From: Paracoccaceae bacterium
Lineage (GTDB): Bacteria > Pseudomonadota > Alphaproteobacteria > Rhodobacterales > Rhodobacteraceae
Direction: 5' to 3'
DNA length: 64,000 nucleotides
NCBI GenBank assembly: GCA_902635985.1
Contig: CACPPZ010000001.1
Span: 23,781-87,780 of the forward strand
Position numbers and translations under genes: made by a program. Positions 39,932-49,144 of this stretch are shown here, one piece after another; the first letter of the stretch is position 1, and every line of letters starts with the position of its first letter. The notes beneath the pieces are model-generated. The model made no database searches, was not told the DNA's origin, and saw only the letters and a program-made list of their open reading frames with translations.

Positions 39932-41125
39932 TTGCTTAGCATAAAAGAAATATGGAGGCACCCGGGATTCTCAAGGCTTTGGCTCATTGGAACTGCTTCA
40001 GGTTCTGCTAGGTGGCTTGAAGTACTATGTTTTTCTGTTTTTGCCTGGCAGTTGACCGCCGATGCGTCTCTTGCCGGGTTGATTATGGGAGCACGTATGG
40101 CGGGTGTTGTTCTTGCAGGCGTTGTATTCATGTTCATCGGAGGCAGAATATCTGGCCAACTGGTAATGTTATTTATGCATGGGGCCACTGGGATAGCTTG
40201 TGCATTTGTTTTTTTACCTATGGGAGCCAATGGGCATTTGGCACTGAATTATGCTGTGATTTCGTTTTTGTCGGGTATGTTATGGAGTACTGATTTTTCT
40301 TTTAGACGACGGATGTTAGCAGATCGCTTACCTGATCGTCTGGTGAGTAGTGGTGTAGGAATGGATGTAATGTCGAGCCACGCTACACGCTTGGTTGCCA
40401 CACTGCTGGGCGGAGCCATCCTAGGTTTTGGAGACGAGTATGTTTTGCTTGGTATTCTGTGCTTTCTATATCTCGGATCCGGTGTTTTTCTACTTTTTGA
40501 GAAAGATAATGCTATGGTGAACTCAGCAGGACCTTTTCACACGCTCAGGGAGGTATTGCTGCAGGCTCGAAGAGAAAAATCAATTCTTACAGTTTTAATA
40601 CTTACACCAGTCTACAATGTATTTGTTTTACCATATTTGGCTCTCATCGCTCTTATTTTTCTTGAAAATTTTAAGACTACAGAATCTCTTGCGGCATCTT
40701 TAGCATCTGTCGAAGGTGCTGGCGCTGTTGTTGGTGGTATTTTGATTTCTAGTTTACATGTTAATAGGCCTAGACTAATTTTTGTGTTTTCAACTGCTTT
40801 CTTCCTATTACTTCTGGTTTTGATTAGTAATTCACCCTTTATTATGGGTTTAATTGGTATGCTTTTCCTTGCTGGGATGCTGAGTTCGATATATTCTTCA
40901 ATGCAAAGTACATTGATATATAAAAATTCTATTGATGATTTGCGTTCTCCAACTCTTTCTTTAATGACTCTATTTATAGGCACAGGGATAGTCGGTGCAT
41001 TAAATGTAAGTTGGATGGGCCTGCACATGACCGTATCGAATGTCATCACAGTTATGGCCCTAGAAGGCTTTGCTGTTTTTTTGTTAATGATTTTATTATT
41101 GCGGTGTCTTAGCAGTAAAAGTTGA
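39932..41125 (+). CDS. MFS transporter
   Basis: 397 aa with about 12 hydrophobic segments; MFS-like N-terminus (HPGFSRLW). Confidence 0.8.
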   Translation: MLSIKEIWRHPGFSRLWLIGTASGSARWLEVLCFSVFAWQLTADASLAGLIMGARMAGVVLAGVVFMFIGGRISGQLVMLFMHGATGIACAFVFLPMGANGHLALNYAVISFLSGMLWSTDFSFRRRMLADRLPDRLVSSGVGMDVMSSHATRLVATLLGGAILGFGDEYVLLGILCFLYLGSGVFLLFEKDNAMVNSAGPFHTLREVLLQARREKSILTVLILTPVYNVFVLPYLALIALIFLENFKTTESLAASLASVEGAGAVVGGILISSLHVNRPRLIFVFSTAFFLLLLVLISNSPFIMGLIGMLFLAGMLSSIYSSMQSTLIYKNSIDDLRSPTLSLMTLFIGTGIVGALNVSWMGLHMTVSNVITVMALEGFAVFLLMILLLRCLSSKS

Positions 41126-41131
41126 CGAATT

Positions 41132-42640
41132 CTAACTTTCAAATAGTTCTTTATATTGTTTTCTAAGAGCGGCTTTTTGGACCTTTCCCATTGCATTACG
41201 GGGTAAATTTTCTAAATAAATAATAAATTTTGGTTGTTTAAATTTGGCTAAGTTAGGCTGAAGAGTTTTCTGTATTTTTTTTCGATCTAACAGTTTTCTT
41301 TTCAAGACCACCACTGCAACGACACCTTCGCCAAGATCGGGGTGTGGGACCCCAATAACAGCTGACTCTAAAACTTCATCTATTTCGTCTATGAGGTTTT
41401 CAACTTCCTTTGGATATACGTTCAATCCCCCAGAGATTATCATGTCGGTATCACGACCGACTAAGGTGAGATAGCCATTTTTATCTCGCTTAGCTAGGTC
41501 TCCGGTTATGAAAAAATTATCTGGAGTAAATGCGTCTTGTGTTTTCTCTGGCATTTCCCAGTACCCAGAAAAAACATTTTCACCTCTTTGCTCGATAACG
41601 CCAATACTGCCGTCAGGTAGAACCTCACCTGTTACCCGGTCTGTAATACGGATTTCAACTCCAGGCAAAGCTTTGCCAATTGTACCTGCTATTCGTTTTC
41701 CTCTGTACGGATTTGAAGTGCTCATGTTCGTTTCAGTCATCCCGTATCGCTCAAGAATTGAAAGCCCGGTTCGTTTTTTAAACATTGTATGGGTATCCGC
41801 AGACAACGGTGCAGAGCCCGAAATGAATAGGCGGATATTTTCTGATAGATTTTTATCAAATTTCGGATTGTCCAAGAGCCTTGTATAAAAAGTTGGCACC
41901 CCCATCATGCTCGTGGCCTTTGGAATCCACCTAAGGGCATCCTCCACATTAAATTTTGGCAGAAAGATCATTGAACCTCCCACCATTGCTAATAGATTGC
42001 AAGCAACTAGCAACCCGTGAGTATGATATGTCGGCAACATATGTAACAACACATCGTTTTTGGAAAATTCCCAGCTCTTTTCTAATATTGTACAGTTAGA
42101 GGAAAGATTTTGATGAGTTAATTTGGCACCTTTTGATTTGCCCGTTGTTCCAGATGTATACATTATTACTGCTAAATCTTCATTTGTTCTATTGGCGGCT
42201 TTGAAACTTAAAGCAGAGCTTTTAAGTTTTTCCCTAAGTGAACCTGTTTCATTTGCATTTAGAGTCAGAAAACTTGCTTTTTTAGATGAGTACAGTTTTT
42301 CTAATTTTCCCATAGTATCTGTTGCACAAATAATTATTTTTGGCCTTGCATTAGATAAGAAATAATTTAACTCGTGTGGAGTATAGGCTGTGTTAAGTGG
42401 AAGATATATTCCGCCAGCTTTTATCGTGGCGGCATAAAGTCCAAGTTGGGTTACGGACTTCTCTACTTGAACGGCTACACGATCACCAGGGTTAAGACCG
42501 TGTGAGACTAAAATATTGGCAAGTTTATTAGTTAAGGTAGTAAAATTTTTATAAGAGACCTCTTCGCTTTCTGTATAAAGAAAAATTTTATTATTTTTTA
42601 AATTAGAGCCGAATATTTTGTCGTATAATATATTAGTCAA
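41132..42640 (-). CDS. matB: Malonyl-CoA synthetase-like acyl-CoA ligase (MatB family)
   Basis: YTSGTTGKSKG, YLPLNTAYT, H.HGL, MGVPTFYTRL, LERYGMTET and PRNAMGKVQK, a motif set typical of MatB. Confidence 0.82.
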   Translation of the reverse strand: MTNILYDKIFGSNLKNNKIFLYTESEEVSYKNFTTLTNKLANILVSHGLNPGDRVAVQVEKSVTQLGLYAATIKAGGIYLPLNTAYTPHELNYFLSNARPKIIICATDTMGKLEKLYSSKKASFLTLNANETGSLREKLKSSALSFKAANRTNEDLAVIMYTSGTTGKSKGAKLTHQNLSSNCTILEKSWEFSKNDVLLHMLPTYHTHGLLVACNLLAMVGGSMIFLPKFNVEDALRWIPKATSMMGVPTFYTRLLDNPKFDKNLSENIRLFISGSAPLSADTHTMFKKRTGLSILERYGMTETNMSTSNPYRGKRIAGTIGKALPGVEIRITDRVTGEVLPDGSIGVIEQRGENVFSGYWEMPEKTQDAFTPDNFFITGDLAKRDKNGYLTLVGRDTDMIISGGLNVYPKEVENLIDEIDEVLESAVIGVPHPDLGEGVVAVVVLKRKLLDRKKIQKTLQPNLAKFKQPKFIIYLENLPRNAMGKVQKAALRKQYKELFES

Positions 42641-42731
42641 GTTCCATCTTTCTTTATAATACTCTTAAAATTACATCTAGTTCTTCTAATCGTTATAATT
42701 TTATTTTGGCAACTTTAATTTTTGTTTACAG

Positions 42732-42769
42732 TATACATAAAATGGATAATATATCCATTAAATGGATAT
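42732..42769. promoter_or_regulatory. Tandem operator-like palindromes in the matB/hydantoinase divergent region
   Basis: TATACATAAAATGGATA (42732-42748) and ATATCCATTAAATGGATAT (42751-42769), 20 bp apart, overlapping a TTTACA-N16-TAATAT promoter candidate. Confidence 0.7.
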
Positions 42770-42780
42770 TTGGGGGTAAT

Positions 42781-44841
42781 ATGGGCAAGAGACTCGCAAT
42801 TGACACTGGTGGGACATTTACGGATATCATATCAATTGATGAAGTGACAGGCGAGATGATTGCCTTAAAAACATCTTCCACTCCTAAGAATCCAAGTGTT
42901 GGGTTATTAAAGTCTATTGAAAAGGTAGTTGATAACGAAGATAATTTTAGTTCGCAGCTAGAAACGGTTCTTCACGGGTCAACAGTCGCAACTAATGCCG
43001 TGTTGGAACATAAATTTGACGGGCTAGGGCTTCTGGTGACAAAGGGGTTTCGCCATATGATTGAAATTGCCCGACAGTCGGTTCCAGATGGTTATGGTAA
43101 CTCTTTTTTTTGGGTCAAGCCGCCAAGGCTGGTTCCACTTCACATGGTGCGCGAAGTGGCCGGGCGGCTTTTATATGATGGTTCGGAAATAGAAGCTATT
43201 GATGAAAAACAAACAGTGGATGCCGTGCGTGAATTAGTTGAAGATGGTGCTAGTTGTATTGCGGTGTGTCTTTTACATTCTTACGCAAATGCTGCACATG
43301 AACAGCATATTCAATCTATAATTTCAGACAACTTCCCAGAACTGTTTGTATCAATTTCTAGCGAAGTTTTGCCTGAGTATAGAGAATATGAGCGTGCAAT
43401 GACTACCTTGGTTGACGTTATGGTAAAGCCTTATTGTCAAACGTATCTCCAGCATGCTGCAGATAGCATTGCCAACAAATCAAAAAAAGCTCCCTTCTTG
43501 ATTATGCAATCAAGCGGTGGTGTTGTGAAGCATTCAACTGCTTCTAAAAGGCCTGTAACTATGCTTCTTTCGGGTCCCGCGGCTGGTATCTTGGGCGCAG
43601 TTCATATGGCCAAGCTTGCAGGCTTTGATGATATTCTTACTAGTGACGTTGGTGGCACTTCTACAGACGTTTCAATAGTTGAGAAGCAGACGCCAATGTA
43701 TACTTCTTCATCTATGGTGGAATCTTATCCGGTCAAAACACCCATGCTTGATATTGTTACAGTTGGATCCGGTGGTGGGTCAATTGCATGGACTGATGAT
43801 TACGGCAATTTAAAAGTTGGACCACAAAGCGCAGGCGCTGATCCGGGACCTATTTGCTATGGTAAAGGCGGAACAGAGCCCACCGTAACAGATGCGGCGC
43901 TAGTTCTTGGTCGCTTACCACAAAAATTGATTGGCGGTGAAATAAGATTAAATATCGATGACGCACGCGATGCTTTCAAGAAGCTTGGTAAAGAGCATGA
44001 GATGACTCCTGAAAAAATAGCTTCAGGAGTCCTTGAGTTGGCGGCGATAAGTCAAGTCTTTGGTATAAGGCAAGTCACAACGACACGAGGTAGGGATCCA
44101 AGTAAATATGCTATGGTAGCGTTTGGTGGTGCTGGTGGGCTTTTTGCTACCGAAGTCGCAGATTTTCTGAATATCAATACTATTTTGTCTCCTCCTAACC
44201 CTGGTAATTTATGTGCGCTTGGGCTTCACGTTTCTGATGTGAGACGGGATTATATTCGTACCATGGTCAGAAAACAATCTTCTGCTGATGATAATGAGAT
44301 TTTAGATTGGTGGCGAGAGTTAGCGGATCAAGGCATTACCGATATAGGGGCTGAAGGAATTTCAAAAGAACGCATTAAGTTAGTTTATGTTGCTGACATG
44401 CGTTATTTGGGTGAAGGGCATGAAGTGCAGGTAACGGTACCAAACAACTTGGGCAAATCAGAAATGGTACAATTTGTTTGGAAAGAGTTTCATAATGTGC
44501 ATGACGCAACCTTCGGCTTTCATTACGAAGGTGAACAAGACGTTGAAATTGTAAATCTTCGCGTTCAAGCCATTGGAGAGCAGTATCGTCCTGAGATTGG
44601 AATAAACAAAGGTCCTAAAACTCCTGCAAAAAAAATTGATACCCGACTAACTTATTGGGATTCTTGGGTTGAAAGTCCAATTTTTGAAAGAGCTGATCTG
44701 CAATCTTACCAAGAAATTATGGGGCCAGCTATAATTGAGGAATATGGTTCAACGATTGTTGTTCCATCAAAATGGTTTGTTCGACGGGACGATTATGGGA
44801 ATCTTATAATGCGAAAAAAAAATCAATTGGAAAGCAAATAA
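42781..44841 (+). CDS. Hydantoinase A / 5-oxoprolinase-family ATP-binding subunit
   Basis: DTGGTFTD, HGSTVATN, SGPAAG, DVGGTSTD, GPQSAGADPGP and FGGAG motifs; start re-assigned to ATG 42781 (GGGGG RBS). Confidence 0.93.
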   Translation: MGKRLAIDTGGTFTDIISIDEVTGEMIALKTSSTPKNPSVGLLKSIEKVVDNEDNFSSQLETVLHGSTVATNAVLEHKFDGLGLLVTKGFRHMIEIARQSVPDGYGNSFFWVKPPRLVPLHMVREVAGRLLYDGSEIEAIDEKQTVDAVRELVEDGASCIAVCLLHSYANAAHEQHIQSIISDNFPELFVSISSEVLPEYREYERAMTTLVDVMVKPYCQTYLQHAADSIANKSKKAPFLIMQSSGGVVKHSTASKRPVTMLLSGPAAGILGAVHMAKLAGFDDILTSDVGGTSTDVSIVEKQTPMYTSSSMVESYPVKTPMLDIVTVGSGGGSIAWTDDYGNLKVGPQSAGADPGPICYGKGGTEPTVTDAALVLGRLPQKLIGGEIRLNIDDARDAFKKLGKEHEMTPEKIASGVLELAAISQVFGIRQVTTTRGRDPSKYAMVAFGGAGGLFATEVADFLNINTILSPPNPGNLCALGLHVSDVRRDYIRTMVRKQSSADDNEILDWWRELADQGITDIGAEGISKERIKLVYVADMRYLGEGHEVQVTVPNNLGKSEMVQFVWKEFHNVHDATFGFHYEGEQDVEIVNLRVQAIGEQYRPEIGINKGPKTPAKKIDTRLTYWDSWVESPIFERADLQSYQEIMGPAIIEEYGSTIVVPSKWFVRRDDYGNLIMRKKNQLESK

Positions 44842-46728
44842 ATGTCTGCGGTTAAAACTAGAGGAAACTTGGGCCCAATAGAACTTGAAGTCATTCATGG
44901 TACAATTCGAGCTGCAGAATTAGAAATAGAAGCTGCAGTTGAGAGAACTGCCCGCTCGCCAATGATTAGAGATCAGCATGATTACAGAGTTGCTCTTTTT
45001 GACGCCAAAGGCCGAAAACTGACTGGTAGGTCATATTCCGCAATTGTTGAGCCTGTGTTCGAATATTTTGGTTCAGAAAATATATTTCCTGGCGACATAT
45101 TTTTTTGGAATGATCCATATAATTCATGCGGTGGTATTGGTCATGTTCCGGACCTGTGTACTACCGTTCCAATTTTTTGGAGAGGTAAGCTCATAGGTTT
45201 TTCCCAAGTTTTTGGACATCACGACGACGTTGGAGGATCAGTTCCTGGAAGTTTGCCTGTTCATGCTACCGATAGTTGGATGGAGGGCATACTTATACCA
45301 CCAATAAAGATGTATGAACGTGGTGTGCTCAACGAGGCTGCTTTTAAAATAGTAACTCGCAACTCCCGTCTTTCAGAACACTTGGCTGGTGATATGGATG
45401 CAGAAATAGGAGCTGCTAAGCTTGGTTGCAGAAGAATAGAAGCCCTTGCTGAGAGATATGGAATTGAAACTCTAGAAGATGCTTTTGATGAAATATTATC
45501 AAATACTGCCGAAATTTTTCGAAGAGAAATCTTTCCTAAAATTAAAAATGGTGAGTACCATTATGAAGATTACATAGAAAATGATGGAGTAGATGACTCG
45601 AAGCTACATGCGCTGCGAGTAAAGATGGTAAAAACAGATGAAAAAATTATTTTAGACTTTTCTGGTACTGATCCAGAAGCAAAAGGACCTATCAATTGGT
45701 CTATTGATGAAGCTGATGGTCGATATTTTAGAAAATGGATGGCACCGGTACTTCGATCTTTGGCTGATACCCCAGAGCGTGCTGCTGAAATTGATTGTAA
45801 TGAAGGTGTTCTGGATATTTTGGAAGTAAAATTTCCAGATAAAGGTACACTAATAACACCAACATTTGGAAAACCGACTGGGATGAGGTTTTTTCTAATG
45901 CTGCGAACTTTGGGTAGTTTTGCTGCATGCCTCACTAAAGCTACTGGTGGTAAAATGCCAGCGGATCATGAAACCATTAGAATTTGGGGTTTGGCTGGTG
46001 GTTCCAGTTCCGAAGATTTTTTTCTATTCCGCGAAGTTCTTGGCGGTGGTGGACCTGGCAGACCTTGGGCAGATGGGTCCGATGTTGTCCATATTGTGCC
46101 CAATTCGCGTAATCTTCCAGCTGAATTTTCCGAAACTCGCTATCCGATTTTTATCGAAAAATTGGGGTTGAAAGAAGACTCTGCAGGTGCAGGTTATCGG
46201 CGCGGTGGCTTTGGTTATGATAAACAAATAAAGACCCTAGTAGATGCCCGATTAATTTCTAATGCAGATAGATCAGTTTTAAGTTGCTATGGTGCATATG
46301 GAGGTAAGGCGAGTGGGCCTTATAGTGTTTCTGTTTTAAATGAAACTGGCCAAGAAACTAGACATCCTGGAATGTGTGATACAGTAATGGTTCCAAGCAA
46401 AGATAGCGTAAGGATTATAACAACTGGAGGTGGAGGTTGGGGGGACCCACTAAAGCGAGAAATTGACAAGGTTGTTTACGACTTGCAATGCGGATTAATA
46501 TCTGAAGATGCAGCTAGGGAACAGTATGGCGTAGTGGTCCACTTGGAGGGACGTAAATGGATTGCAGATAAAGAAGAAACGTTAAGTTTAAGAGAAAAAA
46601 TGTCGAAATTAAACGCAAACCTTCCAATGTTTGACAGGGGTGAAGAATTCAAAAGAATTAAAGAAAAAGGGGTAATCAAATACCCAGAAAATTGGACTGA
46701 TCCTGATGAAGGTTGGTATTTGAGTTGA
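44842..46728 (+). CDS. Hydantoinase B / 5-oxoprolinase-family metal-binding subunit
   Basis: NDPY...GH.PD, GHHDDVGGSVPGS, D.AGAG..RGG and GGGGWGDP motifs; abuts subunit A. Confidence 0.93.
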   Translation: MSAVKTRGNLGPIELEVIHGTIRAAELEIEAAVERTARSPMIRDQHDYRVALFDAKGRKLTGRSYSAIVEPVFEYFGSENIFPGDIFFWNDPYNSCGGIGHVPDLCTTVPIFWRGKLIGFSQVFGHHDDVGGSVPGSLPVHATDSWMEGILIPPIKMYERGVLNEAAFKIVTRNSRLSEHLAGDMDAEIGAAKLGCRRIEALAERYGIETLEDAFDEILSNTAEIFRREIFPKIKNGEYHYEDYIENDGVDDSKLHALRVKMVKTDEKIILDFSGTDPEAKGPINWSIDEADGRYFRKWMAPVLRSLADTPERAAEIDCNEGVLDILEVKFPDKGTLITPTFGKPTGMRFFLMLRTLGSFAACLTKATGGKMPADHETIRIWGLAGGSSSEDFFLFREVLGGGGPGRPWADGSDVVHIVPNSRNLPAEFSETRYPIFIEKLGLKEDSAGAGYRRGGFGYDKQIKTLVDARLISNADRSVLSCYGAYGGKASGPYSVSVLNETGQETRHPGMCDTVMVPSKDSVRIITTGGGGWGDPLKREIDKVVYDLQCGLISEDAAREQYGVVVHLEGRKWIADKEETLSLREKMSKLNANLPMFDRGEEFKRIKEKGVIKYPENWTDPDEGWYLS

Positions 46729-46738
46729 AATTTTCATT

Positions 46739-47338
46739 ATGAAGATAGCAAAATCACTGATTGTAAGTAGTAGTGTTGACCAAACATGGGATTTTTTTCA
46801 AGATGTTCCCAAAGTTGCAGCTTGCTTTCCTGGTGCAAATCTTACTGAGCAAACATCCGAGGGCATTTATAAAGGCAATGTATCGATTAAATTAGGTCCG
46901 TTTACAGCAACATTTGAGGGTGAAGCTACATATGAACCTGACCAACAACAGAAGTCGGGAAAAGTAGAAGGAAAAGCAATTGATAAACGAGGTGGATCAA
47001 GATCCCGCTTACTTTTAAATTACAAGCTAATAGGGGTGGATGGAGAAAAGTCACAGGTTGATTTTGACGCTGATATTCAGTTAGCGGGTCCCATAGCACA
47101 ATTTGGTCGAATTGGAGTGATCGAAGAAGCGGCAGAGTTGTTGATAGCAGAATTTGTCAGTAATGTTGAACAGAGTATGATGGCAAATAATTCTGAAACC
47201 GATCAACAAGTAGAAGAATCTATTGATCAGAGTGCTTCATTTGAAAAGGTTACTGAAAATGAGTCTTCGAAGAAAAGTATAAGCTTGATCAGTGTCATTT
47301 GGTCACTCATTAAAAGTTATTTTTCTAGACCGAACTGA
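46739..47338 (+). CDS. CoxG-like SRPBCC-fold protein
   Basis: W.FF.D...VA.CFPGA, KLGP..A.F.G and G.IAQFGR motifs. Confidence 0.85.
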   Translation: MKIAKSLIVSSSVDQTWDFFQDVPKVAACFPGANLTEQTSEGIYKGNVSIKLGPFTATFEGEATYEPDQQQKSGKVEGKAIDKRGGSRSRLLLNYKLIGVDGEKSQVDFDADIQLAGPIAQFGRIGVIEEAAELLIAEFVSNVEQSMMANNSETDQQVEESIDQSASFEKVTENESSKKSISLISVIWSLIKSYFSRPN

Positions 47339-47378
47339 GCTGTAATAAAAATAAATAACCAAATAGAGTGAGAAAACC

Positions 47379-48155
47379 ATGGAATATAGAACAGCTCATA
47401 TGACGCAGATGGAGATTGGAAAAGCAATACAAAGTGGAAAGCCGGTTATTGTACCAACTGGTGCGACAGAAGCACATGGCCCACATATGCCCACGGACAC
47501 TGATACCCATCAAGCTGAGTATATAGCCTTAGAATTAGCAAAGAGAATTGATGCAGTGGTTGTTCCTCCAATAGCTTATGGCATTTCTAAAACTTTTGAG
47601 AATTTTCCAGGAACTGTTTCCTTAACTATCCCGACTTACCAACTTATGCTAAGTGAGATAGGCTATGGTCTGATACAGCAAGGGTTTAAGCACATAATAT
47701 TACTTAATGGAAATCGTCCTAGCGGAACCGCCAACGATCAAGTCGCAAGACACCTTATTGACGAATATGATAATGGTTACGATTTCATGGTTTCTGCAGT
47801 AAGTTATTGGGAACCAGCGGCAGATAAAATTCATAGTATGAGAAAATCTGAAGAGGGTGGGATGGGGCATGCAGGTGAATTGGAAACTTCATTTCAACTG
47901 GCCACTCGACCTAACCTAGTTAAAATGCAATTATTAGAGGGAGCGCACTATGGGCCCGTGGCTTGGGATTTAGTGGCTCCCACTCATCCAACTCGCACAT
48001 ATGCTAAGAGGCCAAGGCCACAGGCTGGACACGCAGCAATATTTGGCGATCCAACTCACGCAACGGAAGCTATGGGCAAAGCATGTATTGAGGTAATTGT
48101 TGATGCTCTTGAGAAAACTTTTACAAACATAAAAGCATCTTATGAGGAGCGCTAA
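47379..48155 (+). CDS. Creatininase-family amidohydrolase (variant)
   Basis: G.TEAHGPHMP..TD, FPGT and GHAGELETS motifs; NGN in place of the usual NGH. Confidence 0.88.
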   Translation: MEYRTAHMTQMEIGKAIQSGKPVIVPTGATEAHGPHMPTDTDTHQAEYIALELAKRIDAVVVPPIAYGISKTFENFPGTVSLTIPTYQLMLSEIGYGLIQQGFKHIILLNGNRPSGTANDQVARHLIDEYDNGYDFMVSAVSYWEPAADKIHSMRKSEEGGMGHAGELETSFQLATRPNLVKMQLLEGAHYGPVAWDLVAPTHPTRTYAKRPRPQAGHAAIFGDPTHATEAMGKACIEVIVDALEKTFTNIKASYEER

Positions 48156-48172
48156 TTTAGACCCAAAATAAG

Positions 48173-48994
48173 TTACACTATGTAATTTTTCCCAGGTCTC
48201 CACCCAAGATCCGTGGAAACAGAGTGTGACATAAGCATTAATGTTTGCTTTAACCTTTCAACTTTATTTTTGTTGTCAGCAATGCTTTTCAAATAAATAA
48301 AACAAACACAGCCTTCAACTTCATTATTTTCATTGAAAAACGGTGCTGCCATTGAACCTGTGTGTGGTTGAACATCCCCAAAGGTTTGAGAGTACTTTTC
48401 CTGCCTTACCTGATCAAGTAATTTACGAAGTCTTTTAACGTTTGCAATAGTTGTTGGTGTCAGTTGCTCAAGGGGCTTAGTTAAGTATTCGTCTATAAAT
48501 TCGGGCTGAGAAAATGCCAATAGAACCAAGCCTTTTGATCCTGCGTGAAGAGGTATGTGATATCCATATTGTGTTTTATCTATAATCTGTTCTTGTTTTT
48601 TCTCGGTATGGATTACGACCGAATAATCACCTATTCGTTCAACAATCTGGACATCTGCATTATTGATTTCATTCGTATTTGCTAAAAATTGTAGTGAATA
48701 TGACAAAGCTTTATTATTAATCAAATAAGAGGAACCCACATACCAGAGCCTTGCACCAACTTCATACCTATTTGTGTTTTTATCTCTCATAATAAATTGC
48801 GCAGTTTCAAGCTTTTTAATTGTACGATGAACGGTAGCCCATGGTAAATTTAAAAACCGTGTAATATCAATCACTCTACAAGGTTTCCGCGCTATTAAAT
48901 CTAAAACTGCAAAAGCTCTATCCAGTCCTGAGGGAGCGTTATCACCAAAAGTTGCAAGCTTACTGGCACTATGTGTTTTATCTTCCGGGTTCAT
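48173..48994 (-). CDS. IclR family transcriptional regulator
   Basis: LDRAFAVLDLI...LPWATVHR HTH; PLHAGSKG..LLA effector-domain motif. Confidence 0.92.
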   Translation of the reverse strand: MNPEDKTHSASKLATFGDNAPSGLDRAFAVLDLIARKPCRVIDITRFLNLPWATVHRTIKKLETAQFIMRDKNTNRYEVGARLWYVGSSYLINNKALSYSLQFLANTNEINNADVQIVERIGDYSVVIHTEKKQEQIIDKTQYGYHIPLHAGSKGLVLLAFSQPEFIDEYLTKPLEQLTPTTIANVKRLRKLLDQVRQEKYSQTFGDVQPHTGSMAAPFFNENNEVEGCVCFIYLKSIADNKNKVERLKQTLMLMSHSVSTDLGWRPGKNYIV

Positions 48995-49144
48995 CGAAGC
49001 TTGAATTCTTTCGATTTACAATTCTTGTCATAATTATGCTAAAGTTAAAAGTAAGTAATGTACAGTAATGTGTCTTAGTTATCTATAAATTTGGGTCAGA
49101 AAACCAGTATTTTTCCGGGTAACTAGATTAGTTTTGAGGTAACC

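Noticed and set aside
42781-48155. Standard creatinine degradation (creatininase plus N-methylhydantoinase)
   Set aside because: No creatinase, creatinine deaminase, N-carbamoylsarcosine amidase or sarcosine oxidase in the window. The creatininase-like protein lacks a canonical His, and the pathway would not explain the co-regulated Mo hydroxylase. Not fully excluded.
48995-49144. Additional copy of the 17-bp operator between IclR and the amidase
   Set aside because: The best candidate I found (TATCTATAAATTTGGGT) matches only about 10/17 in AT-rich DNA, which is not distinguishable from chance.
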